64,000 bases of DNA from Tubiluchus corallicola (GCA_030141605.1 JAQGDQ010000956.1:12579-76578), one strand, 5' to 3'; positions 27,640 to 41,554 are shown, counted from the first letter of the stretch. Notes: generated by a model not told the origin, from the sequence alone. Numbers and translations: made by a program.

Positions 27640-28780
27640 GCATAATTCCTAGCATACATCGTTTATGACAAGTTTTTGTACGTATAAGCGAAAATAGTAT
27701 ATTAGCGATTATTCATTCAGTACTTGTGGGAAATGTTAGAAAATTTATTAATTTTAAAATAATCAGAGATATGTATAAAATCAGTAAAATACCCGATTCT
27801 GTCCATCATGCACGCATGCGTATTGGTTTTAGTCAGTTGAATGGTGATTTGTTTTTGAAAAGCTACAAAGTTCCTGATGGTGTCCTTGTCTCCCCTAATT
27901 GTGGTTGTGGTTGTCATTTAAAAATTGAGAACATCTCTTCCCAGAATGCCCTCATTATTATCAAGCCAGAGATGCTATGTTCAGTCAATTAAATAAGATA
28001 CTATTGCCTTTAAATATCAATCTTTTACAATATACTAATAGTGAACGTTTGTCATTGTACGTATGTAGAAATGATGATTTTAATATTGTTGTTAACTGTA
28101 AAATGTTTGATTGCTTTCAAAATTACAATAGACGTTTTAAACGTTCTAATGTGAACAGACCTTAAGTTCCTTTTTATGCGTTTACGGTAAATTTTAAGAC
28201 AGTTATTGTTATCATTTACGTGTTCTGTCACTTATTGTGTCGCTAACTTTCTACGTGTGTGTCTGCGTTTGTATGTATTTGTATGTGTGTATATTTACTT
28301 GTGCTTGCATGTATTTGTATGTGTGTATATTTACTTGTATTTGTATGTATTTGTATGTGTGTATATTTACTTGTGTTTGCATGTATTTGTATGTGTGTAT
28401 ATTTACTTGTGTTTGTTTGTATTTAAATGTTTGTATATCTACTTGTGTTTGTATGTATTTGTATGTGTGTATATTTACTTGTGTTTGTTTGTATTTAAAT
28501 GTTTGTATATTTACTTGTGTTTGTATGTATTTGTATGTGTGTATATTTACTTGTATTTGTATGTATTTGTATGTGTGTATATTTACTTGTGTTTGCATGT
28601 ATTTGTATGTGTGTATATTTACTTGTATTTGTATGTATTTGTATGTGTGTATATTTACTTGTGTTTGCATGTATTTGTATGTGTGTATATTTACTTGTGT
28701 TTGTTTGTATTTAAATTAAAAATTTTCATCTGATTGTACACATTTTTGCATGGCGAGGATTCGTGTATCAGTTTTAAAAA
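27640..28780 (+). mobile_element. Dispersed repeat A: LINE-derived 3' segment with a 36-bp internal minisatellite
   Basis: HARMRIGFSQLNGDLF...SPNCGCG (non-LTR ORF2 C-terminal motif); inverted homologue at 38956-39923. Confidence 0.75.
28268..28715. repeat. 36-bp minisatellite, ~12 units (within repeat A)
   Basis: gtatgtatttgtatgtgtgtatatttacttgtgttt; ~6.5 units in the inverted copy at 39055-39295. Confidence 0.9.
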
Positions 28781-29589
28781 ATCGGAGTCCTATAAACTAA
28801 ATGTTTAATCTAAACGCGGTTGTGCCGTGCAAAGTGACGTCATCAAATGTAAATTAATGTAAAAAAACAGCTTTACAGTGATCACGTGATTCATAAAAAT
28901 TTAAACATCATGTGAAGTCACTTATTATTATTCATTATACGACGAATGTTTACATTAAATCACATTAATAAATCACAAAATACTTTGATCTATTATGAGT
29001 TGGCAACGTGGTGAGCCTATTCCTGGCCTATTAATCATATTCAACAAATTTGATGTCCAGCACAAAAAGAAAAACAGCTTGAACATAATAATGAAACTTT
29101 AAGTTCAGCTTCCGCAATATAAACTAGTAATTAGTGAGATTTTTTTGACAAAATGGGCGAAATGAAAATCATAGTTAAATCGAAAATGTGAATTATTCAG
29201 TTCGTCACGGTACTTATTACGGTATTGGAGTATTTTTTAAATTATTGCATTTTAGCGGGTTTAAATGATATGTTAGAGTGTCGGAGAGTAGTAATTCATA
29301 ATTTTAGTGAATTAATTTCATGTGCATTGTCTTTATAATTAGGTAAGTATATTTAAGTAAATATCATGTCAAATTCTATGTGTGTTTGAAGTTGTGTGTT
29401 TCGTCTTTTTGTAATTTTCGTAGTTTCAGTCTTAATGTTTTAAATATATATATGTATATATATTATAATAATATTTAGATTATATGTATGTTTTTTTATG
29501 GATTTTAAATGTAAAATAGATTGTGCATTTCTGTAATTTCAATCTTATGTTTTATTGTATAGTGTAAATATCTATACAATACAATATCT

Positions 29590-29649
<60 letters not shown>

Positions 29650-30084
29650 GTGTCTGTATGAGATTATATATATATATATATATATATATATGCGATTTAG
29701 ATATTATGTATGTTTTGTATGGCTTTTACATCTGAAATAAAAATATGAATGGAGTAGTTGGGCATGTATGTAAAGCAGTAGCTTTTGTAGGTGATTGAGT
29801 AACCTATAGTTAGCAATACTAAAACGAAATTGTACGAAAACAAATTTGAAAAAGATTGAGCTTGGGGATTTGAAACAGAGAGGTTTATTTGAAAATTTAA
29901 AATTGTGGATTAATTAATAAAATTAATAATAATGACTTAATGATAATAATTAATCATTAAGAGATAATATTGAAATTAAGACTTTTACAGGATTTTGACA
30001 AGGGGGGGTGGTAGAATTATATATTTACATGTATATGGCTAGGCTTTCTGTGTACTGTAACATCGATTAGTTATAATATTACTA

Positions 30085-30492
<408 letters not shown>

Positions 30493-30669
30493 GCTACAAA
30501 AGGTATATGAAACGGTAATGCAGGAAAACACTTTTTAATATGTAGTCTTTAATATGATGCCATAATATAATATGGCACCTCAATACTTATTTCCAAGATG
30601 GTGCCGTTGATTATTAGTACCCGCACGTTACTTCGGTAAACCCACGTGCTTGGTCGAAGCACCAGCGAT

Positions 30670-30752
30670 ATCATTCTCTAAGTCTTTTTTATGACTCGGT
30701 CGGGAGTTGAACCCGTGACCTCCCAGATGAGAAGCAAGCACGCTACCATTAA
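30670..30752 (-). mobile_element. Diverged SINE head of the same or a related family
   Basis: aagtc...tatgactcggtcgggagttgaacccgtgacctcccagatgagaagc resembles 4195-4265. Confidence 0.6.
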
Positions 30753-31201
30753 GTTGTATTCCCCCCTGTCAAACTGGATTTTCATTTATTAGCCAGAAAC
30801 TGGATATCGAGAACATAATAGTGTGATAAGTTGTATGTGGTGCTGTTATCCCTATTAAAGAGTTCTTGTGAAACACGTAACAAAGAGAGATAAAATTAAA
30901 AATTCTACTGAAATGATCAAAGCATGTTACTTGTTAGCACGTTTTACAGTGCAGTTTCAGACAAAATTTGCAATTATCAAACACAAATTGGCGTGTTTAA
31001 TTCGCAAACCAAACGCTCATTTTGCTCATTAATTCACCACCTCGGTTAATTTAGCATCACTTAATTACCGTATTATTTCAAGCTATTATGATTAACCATA
31101 CAAATTTGGCTAGTTTTAAAAGCGTTATTAATTATAGTTAATAATAGACCCGTTGTCATGAAAACGTTTACCTGACTGTGCGATAGGCTTGAAATACGTG
31201 C

Positions 31202-31802
31202 TTAATGGAAGAGAGGATTTTTCATATACCACCTCATTTTCAAGTTCAGTAAAACGTATGCATCTTAACACAATTAGTACTGCAAAAGCGTTTCTGATAA
31301 TTAACAGATTAAAAACTAAATTAACGGCGGCCGAGCCCAACTATTAATGACGTCACAAACTAACACAATTTTCAACATCAAAAGTATTTCACAGGCGTGT
31401 TGCACGTGTTTGCAACAGCGAAAATTGAAGTACAGCGCTACTGTAAGATATTCAATGTGTTGTACTAGAACTAGGCAAGTTTTAAGATAAAAATTCAAAT
31501 TTCAAATTTACCGCTGTACTCACGCATGAGCTGTCGAACGTGTGTACTTCATCACAAACTATCACATCTGCATTGAGAGGTACAGCATCTACTTTTTGTG
31601 CAATGCTTTTCCAAAATGCAGGCGCTAGTGCCGGTCTAACTAGCGAATGGTGAATGTAACAGGGAAGAACTAGTGGTACGAACGTAAAATTGTGTTTGTG
31701 TGGTAATGATTCTTTCACGTAAGTCATTTTTGAAAAAATAGTATGTTTCCTTTCAATATTTTAAGGAGTAGATTGTTTTGAAATATAACGATTTTGCTTT
31801 AA
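31202..31802 (-). mobile_element. Kolobok-like element K1, near full-length
   Basis: TTAA-TGGAAGAGAGGATTTTTCATATAC ... TTTTGCT|TTAA. Confidence 0.85.
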
Positions 31803-31952
31803 TTAAATTTACAAGAACCTTCATATTCTTGTTCTTTTGAAAACAAATTAAATTAAAAAACTCTAATATAAGTGCATATTGTACTCAGACTGTATAAAAA
31901 CAGTATGAAAAAATATTATATTAGTGATAATAGGATACATATCTTCACCTGT

Positions 31953-32448
<496 letters not shown>

Positions 32449-32567
32449 CACCTGTCAATATGAGTACAAACTATAGTATAAAATTACGACATACATATTA
32501 CGCTATTAACGATATAATAACCTCTTTTTCTAGCAAAAAAAACTGAGAAATTTTGACAGCATTATAC

Positions 32568-32825
32568 TGGGCCGCCGAGAGAATTTTTATGTGCCCGCGG
32601 AAAACAAATTTGCCCCCCCCCCCCGACTATAACATATAAAACAATAACTTATATTCAATAATCTGTATTTCTTAATAACCGAAATATGTTTATTTACAGT
32701 GAACCGTAATACGTCCCTCTTCATATTCTGCTAAATAATGGAGATTTTCTGTTTTTCTTTAAAAAAACATCGAACAACCTCATCAAAATTGATTTTTCTT
32801 GCAAGTTCAGCTTTAATGCCAAATT
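32568..32825 (-). mobile_element. hAT element 3' end with transposase C-terminal relic
   Basis: Minus strand GIKAELARKINFDEVVRCF resembles the end of the hAT dimerisation domain; terminus-like ctgggccgcc at 32567. Confidence 0.55.
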
Positions 32826-32836
32826 ATTTCATCATT

Positions 32837-33605
32837 TAAAAACGTATGGCTGGTTTATTTCCATTTTAGATCTATTTTCCAACGAGACAAATTAACTCAA
32901 CAATACATGAACGCAAGCCCATAGCGGCCTGATCGTTTGCTGTAAAAGCTATTGAATTGAATAAGAATTCCGTAAATATTTAAATCACACAGATACTATC
33001 TTCCATTTATATGTGATATTGTTCTCACAAAACTACTACAAAAACGATTTGTTAAATTTTACCATAGTTGCTTATATAGTGAAAATCACATAGCCAATTT
33101 CTTTACACATAATTCTCTATTTCACGCCTCTTCTATTCTTCTACAATGAGTTATAATCTGTTATCTATTTGTAGCGAGTACAAAACTTTTCACACATATG
33201 AAAATTTTCTTTCTAAAGTTTTTTCTTGTACATTAGATGTAAGAAGTAATGCTAGCAAAGAACAAATACGGACTGTAAATTTCATTAAAGAAGTTACTTG
33301 GGCTCTAGAACGTAATTGTTTTGATTTTTATGACAAGAATGAGTTGTACGCCGTATCTTACTCTCACTGAATTGTATATATATATATATATATTGCTTAC
33401 TAATCTTGTTAATTGATGAATTGTATATATATACATTGCTTACTAATCTTATTAGTTAATGTTATTTGCTTATTGATCTGTTTGTTTATTTGATGTGAAT
33501 TTACTCTCACTTAATTGTATATATTCCTATTGCTTACTAATCTTGTTAATTAATCTTATTTTGCTTGCTGATGTGTTTGTTTATTTGGTGTGATTGTACC
33601 ACGAG
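32837..33605 (+). mobile_element. Dispersed repeat B (unclassified)
   Basis: Inverted homologue at 43634-44275; this copy has extra internal duplications near 33370-33600. Confidence 0.7.
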
Positions 33606-34730
33606 CACGAATTAAAATGATATGTATAATGTCATACTGCTGACGTTGGATGTAACAGTACTTACTCGTGTAAATATGGTAAACCATAGTATGTAAAGAC
33701 GAGTAGAGTATACTTGATGTATTCTCGGATAGTATAAACTATAAACACAAGCTATGAAGATTTTTACATCCGACCGATAAAGAATACATGAGACATGCCT
33801 ATAAAATATTCATCCTTTTAGTAAGAATCAATAAATGTTGATTTTTCATTTAAAATAAAGCTTAACTAAAATTACGGAGCGGAGACTATACAGGTAATGT
33901 ACAGGTAATATACAGGTAAAGGATGTAGAGAAAAAATTATCAGAAATTATACATTATTACGAAGAGAGCAGCTGTAAGACTATCCATTTCATGGCTTCCT
34001 AAAGACATTAATATGATTATTTGAACTAACTCTCACGTGCTTAGGTAATCTTTTCCGAATTTTGAACCTAGAACTTCGAAAACTATATTCACCATATTTT
34101 TAGTTCATACTCTTGACATGTTTAACATACTATTGTATTTAAACTGCGTACTGATTCCAAACGCAAGATGTACAGCTAATCAAAAACCGAACTGCAATGA
34201 TTCTCTAACAAGATGAACATCCATGCGGGTTGTTGTCACAGACCGTGTAATTGGAGCAGTTCAAACAAAGCTTTCATTGCTACTTTCAATATAGAACCTC
34301 CTCGCGCTATGGGTGGTCTCAGCGTGTGCACGGTCTCTTGAGATTACAGTGTTTCTGCTTTAATGAAAACTAGCGAAACGGAGCTGTTATTTTGTGACAG
34401 TTTCATCATGAAACAGTAAAACGACGGTCGCTTAACCATCGAGTGACTCAGTAGAGTTCTGGAATATTACGAAAGACGGCAGTGAATAGTTATGCTGACT
34501 CAATCAATATCGTCAGAAATGCCAATTGTCACTTGGAAATTACCTACAACTATATTGCAGGGAGACATTGTTAGTTAATAAATCAAATACGAGCTGTCGT
34601 AGACAATATCATAGCTATACGACCCAGTTAATTATGTTATCATTATGTACTCTTAGCCTCTGCTAGACTTGACTGCATATAAGTAAACCTCATTGACAAC
34701 TGTGACAAAATTTGCTCTAGAAAGTTTCGA

Positions 34731-35982
34731 ATTGTTTTACTGTACAACTTGTACAGTAAGACAATATGTACAACTTGTACAGTAAAACAATTTGTACAGC
34801 TTGTACTGTAAAACGATTTGTACAACTTGTACAGTAGAACAATTTGTGCAGCTTGTACAGTAAAACGATTTGTACAATTTGTACAGTAAAACAATTTGCG
34901 CCGCATGTACAGTCAAACAATTTGTACAGTAAAGCAATTTGTACAGCTTGTACAGTTAAACAATTTGTACAACTTGTACAGTAAAACGATTTGTACAATT
35001 TGTACAGTAAAACAACTTGTACAACTTGTACAGTAGAGCAATTTGTACAGCTTGTACACTTAAACAATTTGTACAGCTTGTACAGTAAAACAATTTGTAC
35101 AACTTGTACAGTAAAACAATATGTACAATTTGTACAGTAAAACGATTTGTACAATTTGTACAGTAAAACAACTTGTACAGTAGAGCAATTTGTACAGCTT
35201 GTACACTAAAACAATTTGTACAGCTTGTACAGTAAAACAACTTGTACAGTAGAGCAATTTGTACAGCTTGTACACTAAAACAATTTGTACAGCTTGTACA
35301 GTAAAACAATTTGTACAACTTGTACAGTAAAACAATATGTACAATTTGTACAGTAAAACGATTTGTACAATTTGTACAGTAAAACAACTTGTACAGTAGA
35401 GCAATTTGTACAGCTTGTACACTAAAACAATTTGTACAGCTTGTACAGTAAAACAACTTGTACAGTAGAGCAATTTGTACAGCTTGTACACTAAAACAAT
35501 TTGTACAGCTTGTACAGTAAAACAATTTGTACAACTTGTACAGTAAAACAATATGTACAACTTGTACAGTAAAACAATTTGTACAACTTGTACAGTAAAA
35601 CAATATGTACAACTTGTACAGTAAAACAATTTGTGCAGCTTGTACAGTAAAACAATTTGCACAGCTTATACAGTAAAACAATTTGTACAACTTGTACAGT
35701 AAAACAATTTGTACAACTTGTACAGTAAAACAATTTGTACAACTTGTACAGTAAAACAATTTGTACAACTTGTACAGTAAAACAATTTGTACAACTTGTA
35801 CAGTAAAACAATATGTACAACTTGTACAGTAAAACAGTTTGTACAGCTTATACAGTAAAAGAATTTGTACAACTTGTACAGTAAAACAATATGTACAACT
35901 TGTACAGTAAAACAGTTTGTACAGCTTGTACACTTAAACAATTTGTACAGCTTGTACAGCAAAACAACTTGTACAATTTGTT
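34731..35982. repeat. 26-bp TGTACA-rich satellite (~1.25 kb) with higher-order structure
   Basis: aacttgtacagtaaaacaatttgtac; explains the overlapping minus-strand ORFs between 34643 and 36034. Confidence 0.92.
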
Positions 35983-38389
35983 CATTAACAATACATATCA
36001 TATTAAACACTAAAATAGTAGTAAAATGTTGCACTTCACTAAACTTTTTTAAATCTTTGTAATATTAGAATTCATAATCTGTCAACAAATGAACTCGTTT
36101 ATTTATTTCTTCATGGAAATCAAGCATTTACCTATAAGTGATATAACTGTTAATATTCAAGTATTTTAGCTTATAAAGAAATTTGTATTTCTAATTAAGC
36201 GCTTTTAACCATTGTATTAGTTCACGTTGTTTACATAGTAATATTAATGTTATTCTCAACATTATGCTATGTATGTATCTATACTTCTAGTAGTTCCACT
36301 CTAATGCTTCTACTGTTCGTATACTGTCTGCACTCTACTAAGTGTTACGTTACATTGGCAAGAACGTTTATCAGTAACCGCACCTGCCAGGGGGTAGGGG
36401 GCTGAAGCCGCCCCCAGATTCGGGCAAACACATTTCAATCACCAAATCTTTCGGACACCGGACATCGGGGACGGACCAAATGATGAAAAAAATAAAATTA
36501 TGTCTTTCATAAAAGGAAATCTCGAAATTTCTCCGTGTCGCCAAATGAAGTGCTCGAAATCCGGGCATTTATTTTATCATGGGATGAGATGAGGCAATTC
36601 CCGGTTCCGGCCTTTTTTGGGGGCTGGCAGTGCAGGTTTTGGGGCAAAAGTGGCACAGCCCCTCCCGCTGGAAAAACCGGCCATTACGACTTCGTTTATC
36701 AGTTGCAAAAAACTACCTTGCACAAGCCATATTGTAAGTCCTTATTCGAATAAAAGTACATTGAAACAGAAGTCTATTATTACAGTGTAAAAATTGCCAC
36801 AATTTTTTTGTTATTCGTGGAATGTCGAATGAGAAAAGTACCAATTCACTTTCATACAATATTTTTCCACGTACAATCTTATCACTGATATTAAACGTTA
36901 TTAAATGAATAGCCAAACTAACCTCAATAATAAACCCAATTAATTACGCATGCGCGTCAAGATGTCAACACTGTTCAATGGAAACAAGACCCATGGTCAT
37001 TTGCTATAAATGTTTCTGACAAATTTGCTACTATAAGTGGTCATTTCCTACCTCAAGTGGTCATTTGCTACTGTTTAAATTCAGCCAAATTACCACAACA
37101 TTGACCACCACCTGTCAGTTAGTGCTAGTGACATGTTAACGACCTGTAATCATTATTATTTAACGACGATCATAATTGGCTAATCAGGTTGAAGGGCGGA
37201 GTCACCTAAATAAATCTGTTTGTATACATAATACGTATAAGTATATGTGTAGCCTTTATAGCTTTTATAATTGCCTAAATGAACAAATAAGTTTTTGCCG
37301 TTATACATTTTGAGCTAATAACGTGCCTCATGCGTTAACATTAGGATTTCTTTTCAAATTTTAAAATAAAACCGGATGATTGCGTAAACATTAGTTCAGA
37401 ATAAAGAATGCTCTAAAATGTTGAAAACTACAGTAGCTTTTTTTAAAAATCAAAGCTTAGATTAAATAATAATTATCTCGGACACTCAAATTTCGTTAAA
37501 CTTTCAAAGCTACTCGCGACTCAGTGAATTTACTATAATTGGCAGCGGCGCCTTTTTGTCACATTCGCGTGACCGACAAATAGAAGACTGTACCGTGATG
37601 AGCATGATCATGAACTGTAGTACTAGTTTCTGACGTCATATGATGTAGAGCCCATTTTTCGTGACATCATGCATTTAAACAGTACAGTAACGCTTACGCA
37701 AACGTGCTTGATGCGCAGGGAAGATGCTTACCATTGCACAAACTGTGGTTAGTTTCTGACGTAAGCAAAAGCTGTGTTCGGTTGCCGATAATTACCGTAA
37801 AACGGAGTGAGTTCGCCACCCGACTGTGAGTTCGCCACCCCTTACATAATGGATGGCGTAATGGCCATTGTAGGTTTGCTGTAACTATTGTTCAGTGTTT
37901 AAAGAACAGATATCATGATCACCGTCATTAAAAACAGTTTGCGACAGTTTTTTTTCAATTCGCACTAGAAGTATTCCATTCTGCGCTACATATTATTTGT
38001 CGCTAGAAATATGAGAAACAATTGCTAACTTTTATAGGCAAGAAAATGTATATTTTGGACAGTAAATTAAAATGAGATTGAAGCGTCTAAACAATCGTCC
38101 GGTTTTCCTTTAACCAAATTTTGATTTACGTTCCGGTCTGACAGCCTGGCCCTGAGACCAGCTTGGGTTACCAGAAATCTTAGAATAAAAATTTTTAGAA
38201 GCGAATTAGGATTCTGTCTGAGTTCAGCCCAGAATTCAACCGTCTAAACATAAAAAATTAATCGCCTCTAAAATGCCTCTAAATGTTATTATACTAGTTA
38301 GCTAAATAAAAATTTATAAAACTTCGCAACAATTATTACCCATTACGGGTTATGAGTTGAAGAAAGAAAACAGACTCTGAACGAATTGT

Positions 38390-38461
38390 GAACCGGTCGG
38401 GATTTGAACCGGGAGACCTAGGATTACTACTCCCACGCTCTGTCACTCGAGCTACGAGTTC
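38390..38461 (-). pseudogene. tRNA-like sequence (Thr-AGT-like anticodon); pseudo-tRNA or SINE head
   Basis: GAACTCG-TA-GCTC..GAGC-G-TGGGA-GTAGTAA-TCCTA-GGTCT-CCCGG-TTCAAAT-CCCGA-CCGGTTC; D and anticodon stems pair, but the T stem has two mismatches and the acceptor stem one. Confidence 0.55.
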
Positions 38462-38955
38462 ATGACATGACCCACAATATCAAAAAAATTATAATATTTT
38501 CATTCAAGAAAGTCAACGTTTGAACTGCCATATTCAAGCAATTAAATTTTTTTTGATAAATAAATAAACAAAAGCTTTATAAAATTTGTCAACATTGCGG
38601 ATTACTTATCAAATTAGTTCTGTTCTTCCTCGTAAGAATTTGAAAACCTTACAATAGGTGAAGTTAATGCAAGTTATACCATTTACATGTAATCACAGTT
38701 CGTTTTACTTGCCTATTATTTAAACCTAATCACAATAACGAACTTTAATAAAAATAGGCCCAGGCTTTTGTTATTTCGTTATATTTTATCTACCAGCAAT
38801 CATACATAAACTTATTGAGCTAGTATCCGAATATTGTAATTAGTTAGCTAATTGTATATCCACCCTGAGATAATTATAAATAGACAAAAATGGCTTCATT
38901 CTGTTGTTTTATGGACTTTAGTTTAGACATAGTTTACTGGGATCAGATTAGACAG

Positions 38956-39923
38956 TTTTTAAAACTGATACATGAATTCTCACTATGCAAAAATATGTAC
39001 AGGCAGAAGTAGAGAAAAAATAAAGGAATATAAACAGAAATAAACTCAAATTTATACACGCATACAAATACATGCAAACACAAGTAAATATACACACATA
39101 CAAATACATGCAAACACAAGTAAATATACACACAAACAAATACATGCAAACACAAGTAAATATACACACATACAAATACATACAAACACAAGTAAATATA
39201 CACACATACAAATACATACAAACACAAGTAAATATACACACATACAAATACATACAAACACAAGTAAATATACACACATACAAATACATACAAACGCAGA
39301 CACACACATAGAAAGTTAGGGACACAATAAGTAACAGAACACGTAAATGATAACAATAACTGTCTTAAAATTTACCATAAACGCATAAAAAGGAACTTAA
39401 GGTCTGTTCACATTAGAACGCTTAGAACTTCTATTGTAATTTTGGACGCAATCAAACATTTTACAGTTAACAGCAATATTAAAATCATCATTTCCACATA
39501 CGTACAATGACAAACGTTCACTATTAGTATATTGTAAAAGATTGATATTTAAAGGCAATAGTATCTTATTTAATTGACTGAAGATAGCATCTCTGGCTTG
39601 ATAATAATCAGGGCATTCTGGGAAGAGATGTTCTCAATTTTCAAATGACAACCACAACCACAATTAGGGGAGACAAGTACACCATGAGGAACTTTGTAGC
39701 CTTTCAAAAACAAATCATCATTCAACTGACTAAAACCAATACGCATGCGTGCGTGATGGACAGAATCGGGTATTTTATTGACTTTATACATATCTCTGAT
39801 TATTTTCAAGCTAATAAATTCTGAAACATTTCCCACAAGTATTATATGAATAATCGCTAACGTATCTATCTTCATTTATACGTACAAAAACTTGTCATAA
39901 ACGATGTATGCTAGGAATTATGC
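38956..39923 (-). mobile_element. Dispersed repeat A, second (inverted) copy
   Basis: Near-identical peptide (ORF 39570-39875) and the same minisatellite with fewer units. Confidence 0.75.
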
Positions 39924-40459
39924 AGTTCAGCAAACGTAGGTGTGGAAGCGTCATAAACTTTGATAATTTTTAGCATTTATAAGCAGCACATGGGGGTCAC
40001 ACCAAAAACTTAACGAGCACACGTGTGAACGAGGCTGTTTCAAATTGAAGCGCTGATCAGCTTTGGTATTTATGGTGACAGTGTTGCTGCCATAAAAGTT
40101 TAGAATCCGATTTTTAAAACATGGTGTGCTGGTATTTATTGCAGGCAACTGTTTCATTTATAATGAGTTACACGTACAGAACTGAGCAGTCTTGCAATGT
40201 TAGAATTTCTAGAATATGAATTGAATGGGTTAAACCGCCTTGTCACTGCTGAAGAAATCTTTACCTTGTATCTTAGCAACAAACAGAAATTATTTAGAAG
40301 AGCAACGGATGTTTTTACATAAGAAAATCTTTAATACAAACACGGCATGAAACGGCTGGCTGAACAAACGTAACCTTCAAAGGTTGCTCTTTTGATAAAC
40401 CCCTTACCATTCGCTTGGGTACGACCTTTCCATATTTTGCCTACAGTATCTTTTTAATA

Positions 40460-41360
40460 GTCATAATCGTAAAACTGGCATAAGATTGTGGTTACAGCAG
40501 GTGACGTGAGTTTATAGAGCAACGTCATTGGCTGGCGAGAATCGCGCTGCCGCCTTATTGGTCGAAGGAGTTATATTATTTGAAGCATAATAAAATACGC
40601 CAGAGTGAAATATTGTATTGGAGAAATGGCGCCGGGTAATGTTAATGCGTATATGGCCACGCAGAGGCTTGTCTAAAATAAAATATCGTTAAAATATTGA
40701 TAATAAGATGCGTAGCATACTTAATGAGTTTGGAAGAATGTATTTTATGCACTTAACAGGTTGTTAATTGTGGCAAGATTAAGCAAGCACGTCACTGTGC
40801 GCTACCTGGTTTGATGGCTATAAAACCAAGCTGCCATGAAAGCTGGGTAATAAACAACGAATTCTCTGGTCCCGACCTCATAAAACCTCCCGGAGAGGGC
40901 TGTAAACTGTTATGATATCACAAAACTTACGAACGAACGGCCATTGTGACTGAACTGCACTTGCTATGCGGCTGTACTGTGTTAGGAAGAGCAGAATCCT
41001 TCCTCGTAGCTCGGATTTTTCCCCGTTTTGCTCGCCGCCGGCTCGACGAGGAGGCGCAATGCGGTAAGTAGTTGCTGATTAGTGCCTAATTTAGCTGCCA
41101 TCCTTCCCACAATTCACCTGTGTTTGTCTCTAATCAGACGAGCAATCCTTCTATCACCGCATCGTAAATCTTTCTGTTCTGTTTGTACCAGATCCCTCAG
41201 CGGGTACCTCTAAACTGCTGACCAGCGAACGTCACACCATCGCGGGAAACATTAAACGCGCGATGCAAGCGCTGGCTGACAGTCTGCGTGTCCTCCTGTT
41301 TGTCTGCATGAATTCTTCCATGTTCGACGCTAGGACAGGACAGATTTTTAGCGCAAAGCC
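40460..41360 (+). promoter_or_regulatory. Candidate cis-regulatory/promoter island, possibly the start of a spliced non-coding transcript
   Basis: Unique within the window and GC/CpG-raised; ATTGG at 40527, 40557, 40617; AAATGGCG at 40624; CTATAAAA at 40818; donor G|GTAAGT at 41064; acceptor tctttctgttctgtttgtacCAG| at 41191. Confidence 0.4.
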
Positions 41361-41509
41361 ACAAACATTTTCCGTATCAGACATTTGTTAGATGCTTATA
41401 TCAAAATAATATATATTATTTGGATTATTAATACATATTACATGTATTATATGTAATACTAATACATACAAAATATTATATAATACATATTATTTGGATA
41501 ATTTCCAAA

Positions 41510-41554
41510 TAATATGTATATATGTATATATATATATATATGTATATATACATG

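Noticed and set aside
34956-35933. 325-aa Cys-rich ORF (CTSCTNC repeats) resembling a metal-binding protein
   Set aside because: It is the frame-rotating translation of a 26-bp satellite; all three minus frames give the same peptide
36315-36350. cgtatactg partial match to the miR-iab-4/8 seed region
   Set aside because: Only 9 nt match and there is no complementary arm
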